A DNA stretch of 64,000 nucleotides from Candidatus Woesearchaeota archaeon (GTDB taxonomy: Archaea > Nanobdellota > Nanobdellia > Woesearchaeales > JAZDKJ01): positions 1 through 64,000 of the forward strand of contig JAZDKJ010000006.1 of the NCBI GenBank assembly GCA_043803105.1, written 5' to 3'. Every line of letters begins with the position of its first letter. Position 1 is the first letter of the stretch. The notes under the pieces were generated by a model. It was given only the letters and a program-made list of their open reading frames with translations, was not told where the DNA came from and did not search any database. Shown here in pieces: positions 49,477 through 58,296 of the stretch. A program made the position numbers and the translations under genes.

Positions 49477-49637
49477 GTTACCAGTCCGTATAGTGTTTGC
49501 TCGCTTCGGTGGAATATAAGCCCCATTATATACATGGCAGGCAGTATGAATATTGCAGCCTGGAAGAATAGAACTGCTGTACGGTTTATTCTCCTTAGCT
49601 TTGAAAATGCCACTGTTGCGATTCTATTTATTTGCAT
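49473..49637 (-). CDS. Putative 54-aa single-TM micro-protein between gatA and gatB
   Basis: MQINRIATVAFSKLRRINRTAVLFFQAAIFILPAMYIMGLIFHRSEQTLYGLVT; overlaps the gatA end and shares ATGA with gatB. Confidence 0.45.
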   Translation of the reverse strand: MQINRIATVAFSKLRRINRTAVLFFQAAIFILPAMYIMGLIFHRSEQTLYGLVT

Positions 49638-51031
49638 GTTGCAATCCTCAGTATTGTGGCTTCTTCCAAGTGGTCTCCTGTCAGGAGTGCTCCTATTGGG
49701 AGCCCTTTTTCAGTTCCTACAGGCACGTTAAGGTGAGGCATTCCTGCAAGATTTGGTCCCACTGTCAGGATGTCCATCATATAATTCTGTAATGGTGTGA
49801 GTTCACTAATCTCGCTGAATCTTGGAGGCAGTACAGGCATTGTTGGTGTAATTATTGCTTCCACTTTCTTGAATACCTTTTTGTATTCTTCAATCAGCAT
49901 TGTTCTGACTTTTGTAGCCTTGATATAGTACGCATCCCTAAAGCCAGCCATTCGTGCATAGGTTCCTATGATTATTCTTCTTTTTGCCTCTTTCCCGAAA
50001 TTCTCTGCCCTGACCTTGGAAAAATATTCGTTAAAGCTTCCTGCTATTGTGTCGTGCGCTCCATATCTCATTCCGCATAGTTTTGCAAGGTTTGTTGATG
50101 CCTCAGATGTTGCTAGTATATAGTAAGTCTGTATTCCGTATTTTGCATTAAGGGGCAAGCTTACCTCTTCGTATTTTATTCCTTCTTGCTCAAGCTTTTT
50201 CACATAATCCCATACCTTTTTTTCTACTGCTTTGTCTATTCCCTCTCCCAAAGCTTCCTTGACTATCCCAATCCGCATTCCCTTGCAGCCTTGCGCCAAT
50301 TCCTTTTCATAATTGGGTACTTTGTCAGTCAGTGTGGTTGATTCTTTGGCATCATAGCCAGATATTACCTGTTGCACCATGGCAACATCCTCAACATGTT
50401 TTCCCATCGGCCCGATCTTGTCAAGGCTGTTTGCATAGTCAATCAAACCATATCTTGATACCCTTCCATATGTTGGGCATAGTCCAAAAACCCCGCAGAA
50501 TGAAGCTGGGTCAACTATTGAGCCTCCTGTGCTCTCAGCGATGCTTACGTGTGCAAATCCTGCTTTTTGTGTTATCCCACCCGAGCCGCCTGACGAGCCT
50601 CCGCATGCTCTTTCCTTGTCAAAGGGATTTAACGGTATCTTGAATCCTATCCCAACATTGACAGAGAAGCTCCCAAATCCAAATTCGTCCTGTGCTGTTT
50701 TTCCTATTATTATTGCGCCCTCTTGCTTCAGTCTTTCGACCACTGTTGCATCAAACACAGGCTTGTAACCGCTTAATATTTTTGATCCTGCCCTGGACTC
50801 TATTCCCTTTACGCAGATGCAGTCTTTTATTGAAACCGGCAGCCCGCAAAGTTTTCCCTTAGGATTTTTCTTGATTGCCTTTGCTTGCTCTATCGCCAGC
50901 TCTTCAGTAAGGGTATTGAAATAGAAGTATTCCTTGTTTATTTTCTTGCATTCATCCAGAACTTTGTGGATGTTTTCGATCGGGTCAATCTCGCCCTTTT
51001 TCACTTTTTCCACAAACTCTGTTGCTTTCAT
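49628..51031 (-). CDS. gatA: Asp/Glu-tRNA amidotransferase subunit A
   Basis: KD, GKT..DEF, GGSSGGS, STGGSI amidase signature. Confidence 0.95.
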   Translation of the reverse strand: MKATEFVEKVKKGEIDPIENIHKVLDECKKINKEYFYFNTLTEELAIEQAKAIKKNPKGKLCGLPVSIKDCICVKGIESRAGSKILSGYKPVFDATVVERLKQEGAIIIGKTAQDEFGFGSFSVNVGIGFKIPLNPFDKERACGGSSGGSGGITQKAGFAHVSIAESTGGSIVDPASFCGVFGLCPTYGRVSRYGLIDYANSLDKIGPMGKHVEDVAMVQQVISGYDAKESTTLTDKVPNYEKELAQGCKGMRIGIVKEALGEGIDKAVEKKVWDYVKKLEQEGIKYEEVSLPLNAKYGIQTYYILATSEASTNLAKLCGMRYGAHDTIAGSFNEYFSKVRAENFGKEAKRRIIIGTYARMAGFRDAYYIKATKVRTMLIEEYKKVFKKVEAIITPTMPVLPPRFSEISELTPLQNYMMDILTVGPNLAGMPHLNVPVGTEKGLPIGALLTGDHLEEATILRIATCK

Positions 51032-51050
51032 CTGCCTTTCCCGATTTCCC

Positions 51051-51227
51051 TCATTTGTGTAGCTTCTTCCTAAACTCCTTCACTTTCTCAATCTCTACTT
51101 CAGGAAAATTCCCTATGTTGCCGCAGTCATGGCATTGGTCTTCTGCAGTCATTATCCCTCTCCCGCCCTTTGGTATCCTGATGTCTATACCGCCGCACTG
51201 TGGGCAGATTTTAACAAATTTGTTCAT
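51051..51227 (-). CDS. Small zinc-ribbon protein
   Basis: CPQCG...CHDCG; ATGA overlap with the gatC stop. Confidence 0.7.
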   Translation of the reverse strand: MNKFVKICPQCGGIDIRIPKGGRGIMTAEDQCHDCGNIGNFPEVEIEKVKEFRKKLHK

Positions 51228-51508
51228 ACAGCCCTCGGCCCTTTGAAGTATCCTTCTTTGGTGTTTGGCGAGTTTGACAATGCCTCTTTCTGGCTTAAGC
51301 ATTTTCCCTCTTTGTCCTCTCTCATAGCATCTTTGAGTTCGATTGGCTGGAAGCTCGATCTTACTCCTTCAACCTTGACTTCATCAAGCTTTGAGAATGC
51401 ATCAAGCAGTTCCTTGAGCTGTGGTACGAACTCTTCTATCTCCTTCTCGCTCAACTTTAGTCTTGCCACTTCTGCAACATGCCTTACTGTTTCCTTGTCT
51501 AGTTTCAT
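51224..51508 (-). CDS. gatC: Asp/Glu-tRNA amidotransferase subunit C
   Basis: VRHVAEVARL, MRED, GYFKGPR. Confidence 0.93.
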   Translation of the reverse strand: MKLDKETVRHVAEVARLKLSEKEIEEFVPQLKELLDAFSKLDEVKVEGVRSSFQPIELKDAMREDKEGKCLSQKEALSNSPNTKEGYFKGPRAV

Positions 51509-52167
51509 CTTTTCAATAAGGTTGGAGACCTCTTATAAAAGTTTTGCCTCAATACTAAAGTCAAGTCCTTGCCTTCGATGCTGATGTCACAGATTTTTTT
51601 CAGAACCTTGGATTCAGAATTAAAGGCAATTGACAAACCAACCTTTTTGCATACACCTACATCATTATCGTTGTCTCCCACAAACGCAACTTCCTGTAGA
51701 GATATTCCGAGCTTTTGGCTCAGACTCTTCACTATTCGTATTTTCTCTTTGGTACCGTGTCCTATTGGCCAATTGAACTTTCCAGTTATCTTATTGTCCC
51801 TGATGACAAGCCCATTATAGAAGACAAAGTCAATTCCAAGTTCTTTTTTTGCCCTGACAGCCAAGTCCTTTGGTCCAGAACTTATTATCGCGGTCTTAAT
51901 ACCCATTTTCTTTAATTCTTTTACTGTCGCTTTCGCACCCTTGGTGTATCTTGTTTTTCGCACCAGTTCAAAATACTTGTCTGCTTTTTTTCCTTTCCAA
52001 AGCTTGGCAACTACCTCTTCAACAAGCCTTGCGTAGTCTTTCTTCAGGTGTTTCTCGGTCAGTTCTTTGCCTTTCTCATAAGTCCCCAGCGCTTTGTGCA
52101 ATTCCATCCAGAAATTCTTTTTCTCGAATATGACCCCATCCATGTCAAAGCAAACAAGCCTTATCAT
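51505..52167 (-). CDS. HAD-superfamily hydrolase (SerB-like)
   Basis: FDMDG, ISSG, GDNDND. Confidence 0.88.
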   Translation of the reverse strand: MIRLVCFDMDGVIFEKKNFWMELHKALGTYEKGKELTEKHLKKDYARLVEEVVAKLWKGKKADKYFELVRKTRYTKGAKATVKELKKMGIKTAIISSGPKDLAVRAKKELGIDFVFYNGLVIRDNKITGKFNWPIGHGTKEKIRIVKSLSQKLGISLQEVAFVGDNDNDVGVCKKVGLSIAFNSESKVLKKICDISIEGKDLTLVLRQNFYKRSPTLLKR

Positions 52168-52170
52168 CCT

Positions 52171-52854
52171 TCACCTTATCAATGGATATTTTCCATTGTT
52201 TTGACCCCTTCTGTGTTGCAGGAATACTCTGACCCAGAAAAGCATTACGTTGAAATATCCTAGTCTTTCAAACCTTCTGATAGAAGTCGCAGCGTTTGAG
52301 CTTCTGATGAAAGAGTATTTGCCGTACAGCAGTGCTTTGTGCGTGAAGTCCCCGTCTTCATACCTGTATAATGAGGTGTCAAATCCTCCTACTTTATTGA
52401 ACAGGCTTTTCCTGCAGAAGATTAGCCCATTTGAACCAGGATACAAATGCAGTGTGAAAGCGAGATTTTTCAATGCCATTAGCATGCTTGCGATTGCTTT
52501 CTTTGGATAAGGCTTAACCTTGAGTGTTCCAAACTCATTTTCTCTGGTAAGTTCCCGCATGATGTCCCTTACCCCATTCTTGGAAATTGTTGTGTCTGCG
52601 TCAAGGAATATGTAATGTTCAGATGCTGCGTTGCTTGCACCTACATTTTTTGCTACCCCAGGTTTTCTGGCTTGCACATAATATATTTTTGCTTTGTATT
52701 TTGATGCTACTCTTTTTGTGTCATCTGTGCAGCTGTCACAGACTACGATTGTCTCAATCCTTGGGTAGCTTTGCTCTTTAACAGATTCCAGCGTGCGTGC
52801 AATGTATTTTTCTTCATTGCATGCTGGGATTATTATGCTTACCTTCTCCTGCAT
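52171..52854 (-). CDS. Glycosyltransferase family 2
   Basis: SIIIPACNEE, FLDAD, GGFD, ED. Confidence 0.92.
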   Translation of the reverse strand: MQEKVSIIIPACNEEKYIARTLESVKEQSYPRIETIVVCDSCTDDTKRVASKYKAKIYYVQARKPGVAKNVGASNAASEHYIFLDADTTISKNGVRDIMRELTRENEFGTLKVKPYPKKAIASMLMALKNLAFTLHLYPGSNGLIFCRKSLFNKVGGFDTSLYRYEDGDFTHKALLYGKYSFIRSSNAATSIRRFERLGYFNVMLFWVRVFLQHRRGQNNGKYPLIR

Positions 52855-52970
52855 TATCGAAAAGCTTTTTCTCTGCTTTATATGTCTTTCCAGAACAAAT
52901 TACTGCGGTTGAGTGATAAACAAGATTTATAAGCACACCGAATCCTCAAATCAAAAAAGAGGTAATACAA

Positions 52971-53138
52971 ATGGGAGTTCAATGTAACATCTGTAATGGT
53001 GTGTTCAACAACAGTCCTGATTCGCTAGTCTTGTGCGATTTCAAGGATGGCATTGTGCATCTTGGCTGCTGTGTGGATAATTGCAGCATAGATAAGAAAC
53101 CGTGCAAGCACGCTGTTTCAGTTTACGACAAGCTTTAG
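52971..53138 (+). CDS. 55-aa Cys/His-rich zinc-finger-like micro-protein
   Basis: MGVQCNICNGVFNNSPDSLVLCDFKDGIVHLGCCVDNCSIDKKPCKHAVSVYDKL; TATA at 52926, SD GAGGT at 52959. Confidence 0.7.
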   Translation: MGVQCNICNGVFNNSPDSLVLCDFKDGIVHLGCCVDNCSIDKKPCKHAVSVYDKL

Positions 53139-54889
53139 GTTTTTTTCTTTACAATATCTATTTTTAGGTGTAGGTCTTTTAATGTCTCCGGGGGCACATC
53201 TGATGGGCATCCGTCCATAGGGCATTCTGCATTCTTGTTCTTTGGGAATGCGATTACTTCTCTTATGTCACTAAATCCAAGAAGCAGCGCCGATATTCTG
53301 TCCACCCCTAAACCCATTCCACCGTGTGGTGGAGCACCGTACTTGAACGCTTCAAGCAGGAATCCGAATTTCTTCATCGCTTCTTCATGGCTCAAACCGA
53401 TGACCTTCATCACTTTCTCCTGCATTTCAGGCTGGTTAATCCTGATTGACCCGGAGCCGAGCTCTAACCCGTTCAACACAAGGTCATGCAAGAGGCCGAT
53501 TACCTTTGATAGGTCAGATTCAAGGTATTGAATTGTCCCATCTGATGGTCTTGAGAAAATATGATGCATCGAGTCCCACTTTTGCTCTTCCTCATTCCAT
53601 TCAAATAATGGCCAGTCTATTACCCAGCAGAACTTCAATTCTCCAGGTTTTATTATTTCCATTCTCCTTGCAAGTTCATTCCTGAGCTGTCCTAGCACAA
53701 TGTGCACTGTCTTGAAATTCCCTGCCATAAAGAATAGTGTGCTCCCTTTTTTTGCCTTTGTTGCTTCCAGGAGTTCCTTTTGCACCTCTGGTTTAAGGTA
53801 CTTTGTGATCGAACTCTCAAGTCCTTTATCAGTCACTTTGATCCATGCCAAGCCCTTTGCACCGTATGATGCTACGAATTGTGTTAGCTCATCAATTTCC
53901 TTTCTCGAGAAATCCCTTTCTGGGTTTAGGCATTTGACATGTTCAGCTTTCTTGAAAATCTCAAAGTCAGATTTCTTTGCAACATGAGCTACATCAATTA
54001 GTTCCATTCCAAACCTCAGGTCAGGCTTGTCCACTCCAAACCTGTTCATTGCCTCTTGCCAGCTGAATCTTGGAAACTTTTCTTTAATCTCTACTCCAAG
54101 TGTTTTCTTGACTATGTGTTTGTACAAGCCCTCGACAAGCTGCAGTATGTCTTCCTGATGCACAAAACTCATTTCGAGGTCTATTTGTGTGTGTTCTGGT
54201 TGTCTGTCTGCCCTAAGGTCCTCATCTCTAAGGCATCTTGCTATTTGATAATACCTGTCGCATCCTGATACCATCAGTATTTGCTTGTAAAGCTGAGGGC
54301 TTTGCGGTAGGGCATAGAACTTGCCTGGATTAACTCTTGACGGCACCACATAGTCTCTTGCCCCTTCTGGTGTCGCCCTCACAAGTAAAGGTGTTTCAAT
54401 CTCAAGAAAATCATGATTGTTCATGTATTCTCTTACTGCTGTAACCACATTGTGCCTGAATGCCAGTCTTTGCTGCATTATTGGTCTTCTCAGGTCAATA
54501 TACCTGTACTTGAGCCTTATTTCTTCATTTCCTTCTATCCTGTCATCAACCTCTAAGGGAGGTGTTTCTGCTCGGTTGAGAATCTCGATTTTTGAGCATA
54601 TTACTTCTATTTCTCCTGTGGCAAGCTTTGGATTCTGCATTCCTGGCTTTCTCTCCCTGACCTTGCCAACTATGCCTATTACATCTTCGCGCCTAAGTTT
54701 TTCTGCCTCAGAATGTGTTTCCTTGTTGAGCGCAGGGTCAAACACTACCTGTGTCAACCCATATCTGTCTCTTAGGTCGATAAAGATGAGCCCTCCATGG
54801 TCTCTTCTTGACTGGACCCATCCTGCAAGCTTGGCTTCTTTTCCCAGGTCGCCTTTCCTAAGCTCTCCGCACGTATGGTCTCTGTACAT
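53135..54889 (-). CDS. aspS: Aspartate--tRNA ligase, bacterial type (GAD domain), likely non-discriminating
   Basis: RRDHGGLIFIDLRD, TPEGARDY, LPQSPQLYKQ, RDEDLRADRQPE, GAPPHGG, IAFPK. Confidence 0.95.
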   Translation of the reverse strand: MYRDHTCGELRKGDLGKEAKLAGWVQSRRDHGGLIFIDLRDRYGLTQVVFDPALNKETHSEAEKLRREDVIGIVGKVRERKPGMQNPKLATGEIEVICSKIEILNRAETPPLEVDDRIEGNEEIRLKYRYIDLRRPIMQQRLAFRHNVVTAVREYMNNHDFLEIETPLLVRATPEGARDYVVPSRVNPGKFYALPQSPQLYKQILMVSGCDRYYQIARCLRDEDLRADRQPEHTQIDLEMSFVHQEDILQLVEGLYKHIVKKTLGVEIKEKFPRFSWQEAMNRFGVDKPDLRFGMELIDVAHVAKKSDFEIFKKAEHVKCLNPERDFSRKEIDELTQFVASYGAKGLAWIKVTDKGLESSITKYLKPEVQKELLEATKAKKGSTLFFMAGNFKTVHIVLGQLRNELARRMEIIKPGELKFCWVIDWPLFEWNEEEQKWDSMHHIFSRPSDGTIQYLESDLSKVIGLLHDLVLNGLELGSGSIRINQPEMQEKVMKVIGLSHEEAMKKFGFLLEAFKYGAPPHGGMGLGVDRISALLLGFSDIREVIAFPKNKNAECPMDGCPSDVPPETLKDLHLKIDIVKKKT

Positions 54890-54967
54890 CAAACCATGGA
54901 ATGCCGACGCAATTTATAAACGTTTTGGCAAAAAGCTTTTTATATGCAGTGCGCACTTTGTTTGTTC

Positions 54968-55210
54968 ATGAGCACTTATACTCCACGGGATTTGTTGAAT
55001 TTTGTGAGAGCCAGCTACCAAGAATTAGCTGTTGGTCATTCTAATCAGATAGTAGCTGTAGTTGATTCTGCAGAAATGCACATCCTGTACGGAAAAAATT
55101 ATGACGAAGTGATGACGAAGCTCCTGCAAACGCCCACTTCCGATCGTCAGGCGAATGTTGTGATTACAAAGCTCCCAGCTTCTATCGACCAGAAGGTTTT
55201 GGAAGAATAA
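54968..55210 (+). CDS. Small hypothetical protein
   Basis: ATG 54968 about 25 nt after TTTATAT. Confidence 0.5.
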   Translation: MSTYTPRDLLNFVRASYQELAVGHSNQIVAVVDSAEMHILYGKNYDEVMTKLLQTPTSDRQANVVITKLPASIDQKVLEE

Positions 55211-55242
55211 AACTTATAAGGGGTTGGCTTTCTCTGTTTCTT

Positions 55243-56334
55243 ATGTTTAGGATTGTAAAATCAGACTCTTCCGCTAGGTTGGCAAGGCTTTCCACTCTTC
55301 ATGGCGTCTTGGAGACTCCGGTCTTTCTCCCTGTGGCAACAAAAGCTACTGCAAAGCATCTTAGTCCGCACGAATTATCCGCTCTTGGTTCCAAAGCCAT
55401 TATCTGTAACTCTTTCCTGCTGTCCCTCAGGCCTGGCGTCAAGCTTGTGAAAAAGTTTGGTGGTCTGCACAAATTCATGGACTGGCATAACGTGATTTTT
55501 ACCGACAGCGGTGGTTTCCAAATTTTAAGTGAGCCTTTCTTCAAGAAGACCACCCCTGCGGGCGGCTATTTCAAGTCTCCCTTTGATGGCCAAACCTCTT
55601 TTCTTTCTCCAGAGAAAGCGATTGGCATTCAGGAATCGCTTGGTTCCGACGTGATGATGTGCCTGGATGAAATGCCCTTGTTCTCACAGACTAAGAACCA
55701 GGTTGCAGCATCCACACGAATGACTCACAGCTGGGCTCGAAAATGCTTAGCTGCCAGAAAAAATAGAAAGCACCTATTGTTTGGCATCTGTCAGGGAGGG
55801 ATCTATCCTGATTTGAGAAAGGAAAGTGCAAAGTTAATCTCTTCCCTGGATTTTGATGGCATCTCGATTGGCGGTCTTGCCGTGGGTGAGCCCCAAAAGA
55901 AGATGCTAGACATGCTAAAAGTTGTAGAGCATATACTTCCTGAAGACAAGCCTCATTATTTGATGGGTGTTGGTTCTCCTGATGACATGATAAAGGCCAT
56001 TTCCCTTGGAGTTGACATTTTTGATAGTGCTTTTCCTACCCAGAGTGCAAGGCACGGCACCTTGTTCACTTTTGGCGGCAAGCTTAAGATAACAAATGTC
56101 AAATACAGGGAAGACAGGAAGTCGGTGGAAAAAGATTGTGATTGTTATTTGTGCAGGAGCTTTTCCCGTGCTTATCTTCACCACCTTTTCCGTATTAACG
56201 AGCCATTTGGTTTGAGGCTTGCCTCAATGCATAACATCCGTTTCATTAACCGCTTTATTGGTCAAGTAAAGCTCGCAATAAAAGACAACAATCTGGAGAA
56301 ATATAAGGCAAGGTTTCTGCGTTCCTTTTGTTGA
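55243..56334 (+). CDS. tgt: Bacterial-type tRNA-guanine(34) transglycosylase
   Basis: TDSGGFQ, QGG, GGLAVGE, MGVG, CDCYLC...HN; 363 aa with no PUA domain. Confidence 0.92.
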   Translation: MFRIVKSDSSARLARLSTLHGVLETPVFLPVATKATAKHLSPHELSALGSKAIICNSFLLSLRPGVKLVKKFGGLHKFMDWHNVIFTDSGGFQILSEPFFKKTTPAGGYFKSPFDGQTSFLSPEKAIGIQESLGSDVMMCLDEMPLFSQTKNQVAASTRMTHSWARKCLAARKNRKHLLFGICQGGIYPDLRKESAKLISSLDFDGISIGGLAVGEPQKKMLDMLKVVEHILPEDKPHYLMGVGSPDDMIKAISLGVDIFDSAFPTQSARHGTLFTFGGKLKITNVKYREDRKSVEKDCDCYLCRSFSRAYLHHLFRINEPFGLRLASMHNIRFINRFIGQVKLAIKDNNLEKYKARFLRSFC

Positions 56335-56388
56335 TAATCCGCAATTTCTACCACAAACTATTTTAAACCAGCTCAAAACCTTCAATCT

Positions 56389-58251
56389 ATGCAGAGCGTC
56401 ATGGACTTCTTCCCTTTTGAATCTGTACGACCTGTGCAGAAGGACTGCATGGACCTTGTGGATAATGCGATTTCCTCAAAATCTCATCTGATAATGCACG
56501 CTCCCACAGGCTTGGGCAAGACTGCCGCAACACTAGTTCCTGCAATAAAATATGCTTTGGATAACGACAAGACTGTTTTTTTCCTGACCTCAAGAAATAC
56601 TCAGCATCATCTCGCGATAGAAACCATATCAGCAATCAAGCAAAAGAGCCAAAGTGATTTTTTGGCAACTGATATTATCGGCAAGCAATCACTATGTTCA
56701 GTTCCTTTTGTCGAGAAGCTTTACGCTGGCGAGTTTTCAGAGTTCTGCAATAAGATGAAGGAGGATCGAAAATGCATTTTCTTCGAGAAGACAAAAAAGC
56801 AGAGCGGTGCCATGACGCCTGAAGCCAAGCTTCTGCTTGACCAGCTCAAGGTGAAAAACCCTGTGCATTCTGAGGAATTTCTCGACCTCTGCAAGTCTGC
56901 AGAGCTCTGCCCTTACGAGATGGCAACTACCCTGGCCTCGCAGTCAAGAGTGATTGTGGCTGACCAGTATCATCTGTTTCATCCTAGCATCAGGCCTGCT
57001 TTCCTTGGCAAGATAAAAAAGAACCTAGCTGATTCCATCATCATAGTGGACGAAGCACACAACCTTCCTCAACGCTTGAGAGACACTCTCACAGCAAGGC
57101 TTACCACGAACTCGCTGAAACTCTCTGTCAAGGAAGCAAAAAAGTTTGGGTTTACAGCCGCTCTGGAGAAACTTGTTAATATCCAAGACGCACTTAATGC
57201 GCTTTCCAAAGGCATGAGGGTCTCAGAAGAAAAACTTCTCAAGATGCAAGACCTTGTCCTAAAAATAAGGTTTCCCTATGAAAAGCTTGTTGAGGAACTT
57301 GCTTCAATAGGTGAAAAGATAAGGGAGGAACAGCACTTGAGTCACCTGGCAAGGGTTGCCGAGTTCCTTAAAGCGTGGAAAAGTGATGCCTCTGGCTTCG
57401 CCAGAATAATTTCAATGCAGGAACTTCAAAAGCAACCCAATATTGTCTTGTCTTATCGCTGCCTTGACCCAAACATCTGCTCTGCCGAGGTCGTTAAGGG
57501 GTCTCATTCAACCATACTGGTCTCAGGTACACTCAATCCCACCTACATGTACAAGGACCTGCTAGGCTTTCCTGATAATACCAAGGAAGCGAGCCTCTCA
57601 AGTCCTTTTCCAGCTGCAAACAAGCTTGCACTAATTGTTCCTGAAACGACGACAAAGTTTGCGAAGCGCAGTCCAGAACAGTTTGACAAAATTGCCAACA
57701 TTTGTTCTAGTATAGCCATGTCTGTCCCAGGAAACATTGCTGTTTTTTTTCCGAGCTATTCCTTGTTGGAGGCTATCAAGCTTCGCCTTAATCTTTTTTC
57801 AAAACCAGTTTTTGTTGAGGACCCTCATTATTCAAGGCAGGAAAGAAAGGAGCTTTTGGACACTTTCAAGAAACAAAAGAAAGCAGGTGCAGTGCTCCTG
57901 GCAGTCTCTTCAGGCTCTTTTGGTGAGGGAATTGACCTTCCAGGGGACCTTCTTAGGGCAGTGATTGTTGTGGGAATGCCTTTCAAGACCCCAAACCTTG
58001 AGACCAAAGAACTCATTAATTATTACGATAAGAAATTTGGTAAGGGTTGGGAATATGGTTATGTCCTGCCAACCATGACTCGGATTCTGCAGAATGCTGG
58101 CAGATGCATCCGTAGCGAGACAGACCGCGGTGTTATCGTCTTTTTGGACGAGCGCTATTCATTCTATAGAAGGTGTTTTCCTTCAGAATGGGACACTGAG
58201 ATTTCCAGGGATTGCATTAGCCGCATCCGGGATTTCTTCTCTGTCAAATAG
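56389..58251 (+). CDS. XPD/Rad3 (DinG-family) Fe-S helicase
   Basis: APTGLGKT, Fe-S cysteines incl. CPY, DEAH, SGT, QNAGRCIR. Confidence 0.92.
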   Translation: MQSVMDFFPFESVRPVQKDCMDLVDNAISSKSHLIMHAPTGLGKTAATLVPAIKYALDNDKTVFFLTSRNTQHHLAIETISAIKQKSQSDFLATDIIGKQSLCSVPFVEKLYAGEFSEFCNKMKEDRKCIFFEKTKKQSGAMTPEAKLLLDQLKVKNPVHSEEFLDLCKSAELCPYEMATTLASQSRVIVADQYHLFHPSIRPAFLGKIKKNLADSIIIVDEAHNLPQRLRDTLTARLTTNSLKLSVKEAKKFGFTAALEKLVNIQDALNALSKGMRVSEEKLLKMQDLVLKIRFPYEKLVEELASIGEKIREEQHLSHLARVAEFLKAWKSDASGFARIISMQELQKQPNIVLSYRCLDPNICSAEVVKGSHSTILVSGTLNPTYMYKDLLGFPDNTKEASLSSPFPAANKLALIVPETTTKFAKRSPEQFDKIANICSSIAMSVPGNIAVFFPSYSLLEAIKLRLNLFSKPVFVEDPHYSRQERKELLDTFKKQKKAGAVLLAVSSGSFGEGIDLPGDLLRAVIVVGMPFKTPNLETKELINYYDKKFGKGWEYGYVLPTMTRILQNAGRCIRSETDRGVIVFLDERYSFYRRCFPSEWDTEISRDCISRIRDFFSVK

Positions 58252-58296
58252 GACAAAAGTATTTATATAGTAGTTATTAGTGTGTTTAGCCAGTAG

